A stretch of 24,000 nucleotides of DNA, taken from Apilactobacillus micheneri. GTDB lineage: Bacteria; Bacillota; Bacilli; Lactobacillales; Lactobacillaceae. The position numbers were made by a program, and so were the translations under genes. Below the pieces are notes generated by a model. That model was not told where the DNA came from and ran no database searches. It saw only the letters and a program-made list of their open reading frames with translations. Location: positions 46,285 through 70,284 of the forward strand of contig NZ_POSO01000003.1 of the NCBI RefSeq assembly GCF_002993975.1. The letters are read 5' to 3'. Shown here piece by piece: positions 9,023-18,419 of this stretch (positions are counted from its first letter, which is position 1; every line of letters begins with the position of its first letter).

Positions 9023-10142
9023 AAATTTAGAAAACGAAGATTTGCGTTGTATTGGATGTGGAGCTCAAATTCAAACGGATACTCCTGATGAATTAGGCTA
9101 TACTCCTAAATCAGCTTTAGATAAAGGAAAAGAAACTGGTGAAATTTACTGTCAAAGATGTTTTAGATTGCGTCACTATAATGAAATTTCTCCTGTAAGT
9201 TTGACTGATGATGATTTCTTGGCACTTTTAAATCAAATTAGAGATGCTAATGCATTAATCGTTTATTTAGTAGATATATTTGATTTTAATGGTAGTTTAA
9301 TTCCAGGACTACATCGTTTTGTTGGTGATAATCCAATTATGTTAGTTGGAAATAAGGCCGATCTTTTACCAAAATCATTAAAAAATCGTAAATTAAGAGA
9401 TTGGATTAGACAACGTTCTAACGAAGCAGGAATTAGACCTATTGATGTAGAATTAGTTTCAGCTAGAACTAACGAATCTGTTGATAATTTATTAAATAAT
9501 ATTGATAAATATCGTAAAAATAGAGATGTTTATGTTGTCGGTGTAACTAATGTTGGTAAGTCAACCTTAATTAACCAAATTATTAAACAAAATACCGGAA
9601 TAAAAGAGTTAATTACAACTTCAAGATTTCCTGGTACTACTTTAGATAAAATTAGTATTGATTTAGAAGATGGACATAAATTAGTTGATACTCCTGGAAT
9701 TATTCATAAAGAACAAATGGCTCATTATCTTACTGGAAAGGATTTAAAAGTTGTTGAACCACAAAAACAAATTAAACCTAAAGTATATCAATTGAATCCG
9801 GAACAGACCTTATTCTTTGGTGGTGTTGCTAGGTTTGATTATGTTAATGGAGATAAAAAGCATGGATTTACAGTTTATGTTGAAAATAATCTTTTCATTC
9901 ATAGAACTAAACTTATCAATGCAGACGCATTTTATAGTAAACATTTTGGAGAAATGTTAACTCCACCTAGTAAAGATTCTATTGAAGATTTTCCAGAATT
10001 GGTTCGATATGAATTTAAGACAGATCAAAAAAGTGATTTAGTAATTGAAGGCTTAGGATGGATTACCGTACCTTCAAATGTTGTAGTAGCGGGATGGGCT
10101 CCCAAAGGAGTTTCTGTGTTGTTAAGAAGAGCAATGATTTAA
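9015..10142 (+). CDS. yqeH: Ribosome biogenesis GTPase YqeH
   Basis: N-terminal zinc finger RCIGCGAQIQ...CQRCFRLRHYNE, circularly permuted GTPase motifs NKADLLPKS and GVTNVGKSTLIN. Confidence 0.95.
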   Translation: MTENLENEDLRCIGCGAQIQTDTPDELGYTPKSALDKGKETGEIYCQRCFRLRHYNEISPVSLTDDDFLALLNQIRDANALIVYLVDIFDFNGSLIPGLHRFVGDNPIMLVGNKADLLPKSLKNRKLRDWIRQRSNEAGIRPIDVELVSARTNESVDNLLNNIDKYRKNRDVYVVGVTNVGKSTLINQIIKQNTGIKELITTSRFPGTTLDKISIDLEDGHKLVDTPGIIHKEQMAHYLTGKDLKVVEPQKQIKPKVYQLNPEQTLFFGGVARFDYVNGDKKHGFTVYVENNLFIHRTKLINADAFYSKHFGEMLTPPSKDSIEDFPELVRYEFKTDQKSDLVIEGLGWITVPSNVVVAGWAPKGVSVLLRRAMI

Positions 10143-10159
10143 TTATAAGGAGAATTTCA

Positions 10160-10471
10160 ATGAAATTAAGAGGGAAACAAAAGCGTTATTTGAGATCACA
10201 AGCTAATCGTATGAAGCCTTTATTTTCTGTTGGTAAAAATGGACTAAATGAAATCTGGTTAGATCAAATTTTAGATGCATTACAAAGAAGAGAGTTAATT
10301 AAAATTAATATTCAACAAAATGCTGATGAAAGTGTATCAGATGTAAAATCATTTATTGAAGAAAATAGTGATGTATCTGTAGTCCAAACTATTGGAAAAA
10401 CACTATTATTATTTATGCCAGCAAGTAAAGAAAAATTTCAAAATTATTCTGTAGAAGTTAAAAATATTTAA
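10160..10471 (+). CDS. yhbY: CRM-domain RNA-binding protein YhbY/YqeI
   Basis: MKLRGKQKRYLRSQANRMKPLFSVGKNGLNEIWLDQILDALQRRELIKI; RBS AAGGAG at 10147-10152 supports ATG 10160 rather than 10058. Confidence 0.93.
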   Translation: MKLRGKQKRYLRSQANRMKPLFSVGKNGLNEIWLDQILDALQRRELIKINIQQNADESVSDVKSFIEENSDVSVVQTIGKTLLLFMPASKEKFQNYSVEVKNI

Positions 10472-10484
10472 AGAGCTGTTTAAG

Positions 10485-11057
10485 ATGCGCAAAAAGAAAA
10501 TTGGTATTTTGGGTGGGACATTTAATCCTATTCATAATGGACACTTATTTATTGCTGAACAAGTTAGAACTCAATTGAATTTGGACAAAGTTTTATTTAT
10601 GCCTGATTATATTCCTCCTCACATTGATCAAAAATCTGCAATTAGTTCCGTTGATAGAGTTAATATGGTTCGTTTGGCAATCAAAGATAATCATAATTTT
10701 GGTGTTTTGATGGATGAAATTGATAGAAAAGGTAAGAGCTATACTTATGATACAATGAGTGCATTGGTGCGTAATAATCGCAATGTTGATTATTATTTTA
10801 TTATTGGTGGTGACATGGTTCATTATTTGCCTAAATGGTATAAAATTGATGAATTGACTAAAATAATAAAATTTGTTGGTGTTCAAAGAGAAGAATACGA
10901 TAATAATTCAAAATATAGTATTATTAAATTGAATGTTCATAAGCTTGATATTTCTTCAACACTTATTCGTAATAGTATTAAAGACGGACAATCTGTACGT
11001 TATTTGATTCCAGATGAGGTTTTACAATATATAAAGGAGCATCATATTTATGAATGA
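10485..11057 (+). CDS. nadD: Nicotinate-nucleotide adenylyltransferase
   Basis: MRKKKIGILGGTFNPIHNGHLFIAEQV nucleotidyltransferase signature and ISSTLIRNSIKDG. Confidence 0.95.
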   Translation: MRKKKIGILGGTFNPIHNGHLFIAEQVRTQLNLDKVLFMPDYIPPHIDQKSAISSVDRVNMVRLAIKDNHNFGVLMDEIDRKGKSYTYDTMSALVRNNRNVDYYFIIGGDMVHYLPKWYKIDELTKIIKFVGVQREEYDNNSKYSIIKLNVHKLDISSTLIRNSIKDGQSVRYLIPDEVLQYIKEHHIYE

Positions 11058-11661
11058 TATCGAATTAGAATATAAAGAAAATATTGTTCCATATAGCAGA
11101 AAAGAATTAATTAATAAATTAAAATCAGCTCTAAAGCAATCTAGATTTGAGCATGTTTTAAGAGTTGAACAAATGGCTATTAAGTTAGCTAAATTAAATA
11201 ATTTTGATGAAGAAATGGCCAGCATTGGCGGATTAGTTCATGATTATGCTAAACAAAGGCCTGATGAAGATTTTATTGCTGCCATTAAAAAATATCATTT
11301 GAATGAAAATTTATTAAATTATGGTAATGCAATTTGGCATGGAGCAGTAGGATATTTGTTTGTGCAAAATGAATTAAGAATTTCCAATGTGGAAATTCTT
11401 AATGCTGTAAAATATCACACAACAGGTTCTAAATATATGTCCACTTTATCTCAAATCGTTTATATGGCAGATTATCTTGAAATGGGTCGTGAATTCCCAG
11501 GTGTTGATGAAGCCAGAACAATTACGTTTAATAATTTACAAGATGGTGTTGCATATCAAACTAAACATACAATTGAATATTTAATTTCTAATAATAAATC
11601 AGTTTATCCGAAAACTATTGATACTTATAATCAATGGGTTGTTAATTCAAAAATAAAGTAA
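11050..11661 (+). CDS. yqeK: HD-domain protein YqeK (Ap4A hydrolase family)
   Basis: FEHVLRVEQMAIKLAKLNNFDEEMASIGGLVHDYAKQRP; overlaps nadD end by 8 nt; conserved nadD-yqeK-rsfS order. Confidence 0.92.
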   Translation: MNDIELEYKENIVPYSRKELINKLKSALKQSRFEHVLRVEQMAIKLAKLNNFDEEMASIGGLVHDYAKQRPDEDFIAAIKKYHLNENLLNYGNAIWHGAVGYLFVQNELRISNVEILNAVKYHTTGSKYMSTLSQIVYMADYLEMGREFPGVDEARTITFNNLQDGVAYQTKHTIEYLISNNKSVYPKTIDTYNQWVVNSKIK

Positions 11662-11678
11662 TAAGGAGCAATTTATAA

Positions 11679-12032
11679 ATGAGTAGTAAAGATACTTTAG
11701 AAGTAGTAGTAAAAGCTGCAGATAGTAAACGAGCAAATAATATTGTTGCTTTAAATGTACATGAAGTTAGTTTAATGTCAGATTATTTTGTGATTATGGA
11801 TGCAACTTCAAATCGTCAAGTAAAATCAATTGCTGATGAAATTGTAGATCAAGCGGAAGCAGCAAAAGTTGAAGTGCAACAAGTAGAAGGTAAAGATACT
11901 GCAAAATGGATTTTGGTTGATTTAGGGGATGTAATTGTTCATGTATTTCAAAGTGATGAAAGAGAATATTACAATCTAGAAAAATTATGGTCAGATGCAC
12001 CATCAGTAAAAATTGATCAATGGGTAAAATAA
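11679..12032 (+). CDS. rsfS: Ribosome silencing factor RsfS
   Basis: DYFVIMDATSNRQVKSIADEI...WILVDLGDVIVHVFQSDEREYYNLEKLW. Confidence 0.95.
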   Translation: MSSKDTLEVVVKAADSKRANNIVALNVHEVSLMSDYFVIMDATSNRQVKSIADEIVDQAEAAKVEVQQVEGKDTAKWILVDLGDVIVHVFQSDEREYYNLEKLWSDAPSVKIDQWVK

Positions 12033-12033
12033 T

Positions 12034-12765
12034 ATGATTTATCAAGAATTTGCAGAATTATATGATGAATTATTTGATCCAACCATGTATGACAAGTGGT
12101 TGGATTTTGTTGAACATAATGCTAATGCAGATGATGATATTTTAGACATTGCTTGTGGTACAGGTAGACTAATTTCTTTATTGAGAAACAAAAAATATAA
12201 TGTTAGTGGACTTGATATGTCTTCGGATATGTTAACAATTGCTGATGATAATTTAAGAAGAAACAATCAGACTGCTAATTTAATTCAAGGCGATATGTTA
12301 GATTTGTCGTCTTTTCCCAATTATGAAGTAATTACATGTTTTGATGATTCTCTATGTTATTTAAAAAACTTACAAGAGTTAAAAATTGCTTTTAAAAATG
12401 CATATAATCACCTTAATAATAAAGGAAAATATTTATTTGATGTAATCACCCCTTATCAGACTGATCAAATTTATCCAGGATATATGTATAATTTTCATGA
12501 CGAAACTAGGGCTTTTATGTGGACAACTTATATTGGGGATGAAGAGCATTCTGTTGATCATGATTTATCATTTTTTAACTACAATGAAGAATTAGATGCT
12601 TATGATGAATTTAGTGAGTTGCATCATGAACGTACTTATAATCTAGAAGATTATATTTCATCATTAGAATCAGTCGGCTTTTCTAAAGTAAATGTTTTTA
12701 GTAATTTTGGAAAAAATAAAATAGACGAAAATACTACTAGATGGTTTTTTATTTGTGAGAAGTGA
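12034..12765 (+). CDS. Class I SAM-dependent methyltransferase (YqeM-like)
   Basis: DDDILDIACGTGRLISLLRNKKYNVSGLDMSSDMLTIA motif I/II; located between rsfS and tmcAL. Confidence 0.88.
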   Translation: MIYQEFAELYDELFDPTMYDKWLDFVEHNANADDDILDIACGTGRLISLLRNKKYNVSGLDMSSDMLTIADDNLRRNNQTANLIQGDMLDLSSFPNYEVITCFDDSLCYLKNLQELKIAFKNAYNHLNNKGKYLFDVITPYQTDQIYPGYMYNFHDETRAFMWTTYIGDEEHSVDHDLSFFNYNEELDAYDEFSELHHERTYNLEDYISSLESVGFSKVNVFSNFGKNKIDENTTRWFFICEK

Positions 12766-12769
12766 TAAT

Positions 12770-13901
12770 ATGTTAAATGCAGTTGGAATAATTAGTGAAT
12801 ATAATCCTTTCCATAATGGACATTTATACCAAATAAAAAAAAGCCAAAGAACTTACCCATGCTGATTTATGTATTGTAGTTATGAGTGGCAATTGGGTTC
12901 AAAGAGGCCAGCCAGCTTCTTTTGATAAATGGAATCGTGCTAAAATGGCATTAGAAAATGATGTTGATTTGGTTGTAGAGTTACCATTTCAATATTCTGT
13001 TCAGCCAGCCAGCATATTTGCTAAAGCTGCGGTCAATATATTAGGTGCTTTGCAATGTAAATGGTTATCATTTGGCAGTGAAAGTCCAGAAATTAATTTT
13101 TCTAAATTAGCTACTGTTAATTTAGAAAATCCTGAATATTTTAAAAATTATGAAGAAAATTATACTTCAGCAATTCAACAATTAATTGCCGAAAAAACTG
13201 ATTTTGTTATAAATAAGCCGAATGATATTTTAGCATTTAATTATGCTTTATATAATAGACAGCTATCTATACCTATGAAATTAATTCCTGTTAAACGAAA
13301 GAATAGTAATCATAATGATGTTGAAATAATTGATTCTAGCTTAAATATTTCTAGTGCAACATCTATTAGAAAAAATATTAATAACGTTTCTAAAATTTAT
13401 AATGTAATTCCTAAATCTACCTTGGAAGTCATTGAGAATAATCAATGTATTGATTGGAATACCTTTTGGAAATATTTAAAATACAAAATATTAACTAATT
13501 CTGTTAATGAATTAAGAAGCATTTATCAAATGACAGAGGGCTTAGAGTATAGATTCAAAAAATATATTAAAATATCTAATGATTTTGACGAATTTTTAAA
13601 TAATTTAAAGACCAAAAGATATACATTTTCGAGACTAAGACGACTTTGTGTATATGTTTTAATGAACTTTAAATCTACTGATTTTGAAAATTCATCTGAG
13701 TATATTCGTATATTAGGTTTTAATAGTTTAGGCAGAAAATATCTTAAACAAATAAAGAAAAAAACTAATATGATTATTATCTCAAAGCCTAGCAAAGCTT
13801 TGCTAGAAAAAGAGCTTAAGTTTGACTACTTATCTGGTAATATATATAGTATTGAAAGTAAAAAGAATGAAGATTTATATAAAGTACCGTTAATATTTTA
13901 G
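12770..13901 (+). pseudogene. tmcAL: tRNA(Met) cytidine acetate ligase (YlbM/TmcAL) with apparent +1 indel in an A8 run
   Basis: ATG 12770 reads MLNAVGIISEYNPFHNGHLYQIKK then SQRTYPC-stop; dropping one A from the A8 run gives ...[37 protein letters not shown]..., joining the called ORF 12882-13901. Confidence 0.9.
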
Positions 13902-13927
13902 TAATTTTAGGTATCAAGGAAAACACC

Positions 13928-13957
13928 TTGACAAACCATCTTATTACTATGTATAAT
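13928..13957 (+). promoter_or_regulatory. Sigma-A-like promoter upstream of the DUF177-rpmF operon
   Basis: TTGACA (13928-13933), 18-nt spacer, TATAAT (13952-13957), then AGGAGG RBS. Confidence 0.8.
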
Positions 13958-13985
13958 TAACGTCGTTGCATTAGGAGGTAAACCT

Positions 13986-14540
13986 ATGAAATGGGTATTA
14001 AGAGAATTATCAGATTACAAGAATAAACCACTTTATGTTAGTGAAAAGATGGATTTATCTCAAGATATTATGGAAAGATATAGTAAATATGTCATTTCTG
14101 CTAATGATAAATTTAGTGTGGATGCTTATGTATTCTATGACAATGGTAATGCCATTGTTAATGCTCATGTTCGTGGTAATATCGTAGTGCCTTCATCAAG
14201 ATCTTTGACTCCAGTTGATCTTCCTTTAGACTTTAAAATAGATGAAGTTTATGTGGATACAAAAGCTCAACTGAAGAAATATGAAGAAGAAGATGAAGCT
14301 GCATTTTTATTAGATGATGATGGTGTTATTGATTTTGATAAATCAGTTGCTGACAACGTTATCTTACAAATTCCAATGCATATTCTGTCGCCTGATGAAA
14401 AAAATGGTAGTGAAATGCCTAAGGGTAATGATTGGGAAGTTATTTCTGAAGAAGAATATGACAATCAAAAGACAGATAATAAAAAAGTAGATCCACGTCT
14501 TGCTAAGCTAAAAGATCTATTTAACGATAGTGATAAGTAA
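13986..14540 (+). CDS. yceD: YceD family protein (DUF177)
   Basis: 184 aa, position immediately upstream of rpmF, RGNIVVPSSRSLTPVDLPLDF...; acidic C-terminus ends with VDPRLAKLKDLFN typical of the family. Confidence 0.9.
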   Translation: MKWVLRELSDYKNKPLYVSEKMDLSQDIMERYSKYVISANDKFSVDAYVFYDNGNAIVNAHVRGNIVVPSSRSLTPVDLPLDFKIDEVYVDTKAQLKKYEEEDEAAFLLDDDGVIDFDKSVADNVILQIPMHILSPDEKNGSEMPKGNDWEVISEEEYDNQKTDNKKVDPRLAKLKDLFNDSDK

Positions 14541-14605
14541 TTGGTAAGACTTAAAATTTTTCACTAGTGGATATTTTATTTTAAAGAGTAAGGGGGGTCT
14601 TTGCA

Positions 14606-14785
14606 TTGGCTGTACCAAAGAGAAAAACTTCAAAAGCTAAAAAGGGTATGCGTCGTGGCCACATTAAGTTGGCTAACCCAGGTTTGAGTGCTTGCCCAAA
14701 CTGTGGTGAATTACGTAAACCTCATATGGTTTGTCCTAGTTGTGGATACTATGATGGAAAACAAGTTGTTAAAACTAACGACTAA
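14606..14785 (+). CDS. rpmF: 50S ribosomal protein L32 (TTG start)
   Basis: TTG GCT GTA CCA AAG AGA... = [59 protein letters not shown]; AGGGGGG RBS; absent from the ORF track because it is 59 aa. Confidence 0.95.
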   Translation: MAVPKRKTSKAKKGMRRGHIKLANPGLSACPNCGELRKPHMVCPSCGYYDGKQVVKTND

Positions 14786-14794
14786 TTATTTTTT

Positions 14795-14832
14795 AAAGTT
14801 ATCAGATCACCATGGAATCTGATAACTTTTTT
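14795..14832 (+). terminator. Terminator after rpmF
   Basis: AAAGTTATCAGAT / ATCTGATAACTTT, 13 bp stem, followed by T-run. Confidence 0.88.
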
Positions 14833-14844
14833 ATTTTCTAAAAT

Positions 14845-14883
14845 AAAAAGAGTCCTTTTCTTAATTTGAAAAGGACTCTTTTT
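14845..14883. terminator. Bidirectional terminator between convergent rpmF and adh
   Basis: AAAAAGAGTCCTTTTC (14845-14860) / GAAAAGGACTCTTTTT (14868-14883), perfect 16-bp stem with A-tract and T-tract on opposite sides. Confidence 0.92.
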
Positions 14884-14885
14884 AA

Positions 14886-15902
14886 TTATTTAGTGAAATC
14901 TACAACCATTCTACCAACAATTTTATTATTCTTCATATCATCAATAACTTGATTAATATCTTCTAATTTGCATGTTTGAACAATTGGTTTTACTTTTCCT
15001 TCACTACCGAATTGGAAAGTTTCTGTTAAATCTTGTCTAGTTCCAACAAGTGAACCAGCAACTTGAATTCCATCAAGAACAGTTTTATCAATGTTTAAGG
15101 CCATATCTCCTTTAGGCAATGCAACTGCAACTAATTTACCATCAGGTCTTAGAGCATTGATAGCAGTGGTAAATGCATCTTTGTTAACTGCAGTAACAAC
15201 TGAGCTATGAACTCCACCAACTTTTTCCTGAATAGTTTTTGATACGTCTGAATCATGACGATTAATTAATAATTCAGCACCATTTTCTTTTGCTGCTTGT
15301 AATTTCTTTTCATTTCCGTCAACAGCAACTACATGTGCATTAAACACATTATGAGCAAATTGAATTGCTAAATTACCTAAGCCTCCAGCACCAACAACTT
15401 CACTCCATTGACCTGGTCTTAAATTGCCAACTTTAAGAGCTTTATATGTTGTAACACCAGCACAAGTTAGTGATGTTGCTTCAACTGGATCTAAATCTTC
15501 TGGTACTTTAACAGCATAATCAGCATCAACAATCACTTGTTCTGCCATTGCACCATCAACAGTAAAACCAGCATTTTCAACATTACGGCATAAAGTTTCA
15601 CGTCCAGTTAAACAATATTCACAGTGTCCGCATCCTTTAAAGAACCAAGCAATTGATACACGGTCACCAATTTTTAAATTAGTTACGTCATCAGCAACTT
15701 GTGATACTCTACCAACACCTTCATGACCAATAATTCTACCAGGTTGTTCACCAAAGTCTCCAGAAGCAACATGTAAATCTGTATGACAAAGTCCACAGTA
15801 TTCAACATCAACTAAAGCTTCACCATTTTTGATTGGTCTTAAGTTTACATCCTTAATATCTACATATCCATCTGAATTGTTTCTAACTACAGCAGCTTTC
15901 AT
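14886..15902 (-). CDS. adhP: Zinc-dependent alcohol dehydrogenase (AdhP/AdhA type)
   Basis: [19 protein letters not shown]...[16 protein letters not shown]...GHEGVGRV...[15 protein letters not shown]...[13 protein letters not shown]. Confidence 0.93.
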   Translation of the reverse strand: MKAAVVRNNSDGYVDIKDVNLRPIKNGEALVDVEYCGLCHTDLHVASGDFGEQPGRIIGHEGVGRVSQVADDVTNLKIGDRVSIAWFFKGCGHCEYCLTGRETLCRNVENAGFTVDGAMAEQVIVDADYAVKVPEDLDPVEATSLTCAGVTTYKALKVGNLRPGQWSEVVGAGGLGNLAIQFAHNVFNAHVVAVDGNEKKLQAAKENGAELLINRHDSDVSKTIQEKVGGVHSSVVTAVNKDAFTTAINALRPDGKLVAVALPKGDMALNIDKTVLDGIQVAGSLVGTRQDLTETFQFGSEGKVKPIVQTCKLEDINQVIDDMKNNKIVGRMVVDFTK

Positions 15903-16041
15903 AAAAAGTACCTCTATTCATTAATTTTAAACATTAAGAATTATAAATAAATTTACAACTATAATCAATAACATTTATCAATTAAATAATAAACCTTACA
16001 GATTATAATATTCATATATATAAATTAAAATTTTATAAAAT

Positions 16042-16082
16042 AAAATGTTCATAGTTGCTATGCAGCTATTATTGAACATTTT
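16042..16082. repeat. Long interrupted inverted repeat upstream of the response regulator operon
   Basis: AAAATGTTCATAGTTGC (16042-16058) / GCAGCTA (16062-16068) + TTAT bulge + TGAACATTTT (16073-16082): 17 pairs with one G-U. Confidence 0.8.
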
Positions 16083-16100
16083 ATTGTGATAGAATATATT
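16072..16100 (+). promoter_or_regulatory. Putative promoter of the two-component operon
   Basis: TTGAAC (16072-16077), 17-nt spacer, TATATT (16095-16100), about 40 nt before ATG 16142. Confidence 0.5.
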
Positions 16101-16141
16101 AGTATATTACAATTTTAGAAAGTATTTAGGGGTGTACTCGT

Positions 16142-16828
16142 ATGAGTCGAATCTTAATAGTAGAAGACGAAAAAAGTTTATCTAGATTTGTTGAGCTAGA
16201 ACTTAAACATGAAGGTTATGAAACCAAGGTAGCAGTCAATGGTAGAGACGGATTAGATGATGCAATTAATGAAGACTTTGACATTATATTACTTGATTTA
16301 ATGTTGCCTAAACTAAATGGTATGGAAGTAGCCAGAAGATTGAGAGAAAAGAAAAATACTCCAATCATTATTATGACTGCTAGAGATTCAGTTATTGATA
16401 GAGTTTCTGGATTTGATCATGGTGCTGATGATTATATCGTAAAGCCATTTGCTATTGAAGAATTATTAGCTCGTGTTCGTGCTTTATTGCGTCGTATTAA
16501 TATTGAAGGCGATGAAAAAACTGAAAATCAAAAAGTCGTTCATTTTAAAGATATTACTGTTGAAAAAGAAAGTCGCATTGTCAAACGTGGTGAAGATATT
16601 ATAGATTTGACTAAACGTGAATACGAACTTTTATTAACATTAATGGAAAATGTGAACGTGGTGTTAGCTAGAGATGTATTACTTAATCAAGTTTGGGGAT
16701 ATGATTCTAATGCCGAAACCAATGTAGTTGATGTATATGTTAGATACTTAAGAAACAAAATTGATCGTAGCGATCAAAAAAGTTATATTCAAACTGTTAG
16801 AGGCACTGGGTATGTGATGAGATCATGA
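16142..16828 (+). CDS. OmpR/PhoB family response regulator (ArlR/CovR-like)
   Basis: MSRILIVEDEKSLSRFVELELKHEGYETKVAVNGRDGLDDA...DIILLDLMLPKLNGMEVARRLR...; winged-helix C-terminus. Confidence 0.94.
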   Translation: MSRILIVEDEKSLSRFVELELKHEGYETKVAVNGRDGLDDAINEDFDIILLDLMLPKLNGMEVARRLREKKNTPIIIMTARDSVIDRVSGFDHGADDYIVKPFAIEELLARVRALLRRINIEGDEKTENQKVVHFKDITVEKESRIVKRGEDIIDLTKREYELLLTLMENVNVVLARDVLLNQVWGYDSNAETNVVDVYVRYLRNKIDRSDQKSYIQTVRGTGYVMRS

Positions 16829-18363
16829 TTGTAAAAAAAGACGATAAAGTTGATAATGTGAATGGTAAAAATAAATGGATATCTCTTAAATGGAAATGGT
16901 CTATTGGTTCTGCCATCATAATTTTCTTAATTTTATCTATTTTTTCTTTCTTAATCTATAATAGATTTTCTGATGTTTTATTGAATCAAGAATCAGTTCA
17001 TACTAGTGAAACTTTAAGTGCTTTGTCTGGAAAACTAACAGGATTTAATGATAACCTTTCAGAAAAAGAAGTTATAAGCATACTTAGTCCTCGTAATGAA
17101 AATATTAATAAATCTAAGAACGAAGATGGAGTTCATTCAAATTCTTTATTTAGTAGTATTTCCAGAGATGACATAATAGTTAATGTTTTTGATAAAGATG
17201 CTAATCCTATCTTTTTTTCTAAACAAACCGAAAAGAAATTTATGAAAATTGGTCATATAAATAGTAAAATTGATAAAAATAGTATTTATAATAACAATTA
17301 TTCATTAATTGAAGAAATACCAATCTATTCTAAAAAGACTGGTAACAAGATAGGTTATTTAAGGGTCATCAATAATTTAGTTGATTATCACATTTATACT
17401 AAAAAATTAATGATAATATTAATTGTAATATTGTTATTAGGTGTGTTTTTTGCTTCATTATTATCATATGTATTAGCTGCATATATGTTAAGGCCAATTA
17501 AAATGATTTCTGATACGATAAGTAGTGTAAACGATTCACCAGAGACAAATGTTAGGGTACCTAGGCTTAATCAAAATGATGAGTTAACTGATCTGGGAAA
17601 TATTTTTAATGATATGCTTGATACTATGCAACGTTATATTGATCAACAACAACAATTTGTTGAAGATGTGTCTCATGAATTGAGAACTCCAGTTGCCGTT
17701 ATTCAAGGGCATTTAAAAATGTTATCTAGATGGGGTAAAGATGATCCTGAAATTTTAGATGAATCTATTCAATCTTCAATTGATGAAATTAATCGTATGA
17801 AAAGTTTGGTTCAAGAAATGCTTGATCTCTCAAGAGCTGAACAAGTCGAAATTAATTATAATAACAAATTAACTGATGTTCAGGATATTGTTCATCAAGA
17901 ATTTAATGATTTTAAAATGATTCATCCAGATTATACTTTTAACTTAGATGATGATATTGATAAGGAAACTATTATTCAAATTTATCGTAACCATTTAGAA
18001 CAAATCCTTATTATCTTATTGGATAATGCAGTTAAATATTCAAAAGATCGTAAAGAAGTCCATATTTCATTATCTAGAAAATACCGGTATGTTGATATTG
18101 CCGTTCAAGATTTTGGTGAGGGTATTAGTCAAGACAGTGTTAATAAAATTTTTAATCGATTTTATCGTGTTGACAAGGCCAGAAGCCGTAATCAAGGTGG
18201 CAACGGTTTAGGATTATCTATTGCTAAAAGATTGGTAGAAGCTTATCATGGAAAAATTTCTGTAGAAAGTTCTGCCGGATATGGTTCAATATTTACAATT
18301 TCATTTCCTTTGTTAAGCAAAGAAAAAATTGAACATATTAAAGAATTAGATGATAAAAAATAA
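16825..18363 (+). CDS. Sensor histidine kinase (ArlS-like)
   Basis: Two TM segments, HAMP, FVEDVSHELRTPVAVIQGHLKML H-box, GNGLGLSIAKRLVEAYHGKI ATPase; ATGA overlap with the regulator. Confidence 0.95.
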   Translation: MIVKKDDKVDNVNGKNKWISLKWKWSIGSAIIIFLILSIFSFLIYNRFSDVLLNQESVHTSETLSALSGKLTGFNDNLSEKEVISILSPRNENINKSKNEDGVHSNSLFSSISRDDIIVNVFDKDANPIFFSKQTEKKFMKIGHINSKIDKNSIYNNNYSLIEEIPIYSKKTGNKIGYLRVINNLVDYHIYTKKLMIILIVILLLGVFFASLLSYVLAAYMLRPIKMISDTISSVNDSPETNVRVPRLNQNDELTDLGNIFNDMLDTMQRYIDQQQQFVEDVSHELRTPVAVIQGHLKMLSRWGKDDPEILDESIQSSIDEINRMKSLVQEMLDLSRAEQVEINYNNKLTDVQDIVHQEFNDFKMIHPDYTFNLDDDIDKETIIQIYRNHLEQILIILLDNAVKYSKDRKEVHISLSRKYRYVDIAVQDFGEGISQDSVNKIFNRFYRVDKARSRNQGGNGLGLSIAKRLVEAYHGKISVESSAGYGSIFTISFPLLSKEKIEHIKELDDKK

Positions 18364-18370
18364 TAACTTA

Positions 18371-18415
18371 AAATAAAAGGACTATTACTAATATTAGTAA
18401 TAGTCCTTTTATTTT
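18371..18415. terminator. Bidirectional terminator between convergent histidine kinase and yidC
   Basis: AAATAAAAGGACTATTACTAAT/ATTAGTAATAGTCCTTTTATTT, perfect 22-nt arms. Confidence 0.92.
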
Positions 18416-18419
18416 ATAA

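Noticed and set aside
10593-11225. Minus-strand ORFs 10593-10886 and 11022-11225
   Set aside because: Antisense to nadD and yqeK, low complexity Ile/Asn-rich translations.
11794-12266. Minus-strand ORFs 11794-12045 and 12042-12266
   Set aside because: Antisense to rsfS and the methyltransferase; no independent support.
13526-13795. Minus-strand ORF of 89 aa
   Set aside because: Hydrophobic-looking but antisense to tmcAL, which is clearly coding on the plus strand; no RBS.
14267-14464. Minus-strand ORF of 65 aa
   Set aside because: Antisense to acidic DUF177 C-terminus; Ser-rich translation is the expected complement artefact of GAT/GAA codons.
14606-14785. Possible frameshift near the rpmF C-terminus
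   Set aside because: Careful codon-by-codon reading gives an uninterrupted 59-aa frame ending [12 protein letters not shown]-stop; the gene is intact and only missing from the ORF list because of its length.
18026-18211. Plus-strand ORF of 61 aa within the histidine kinase
   Set aside because: Out-of-frame overlap with the conserved catalytic domain; no RBS or recognisable product.
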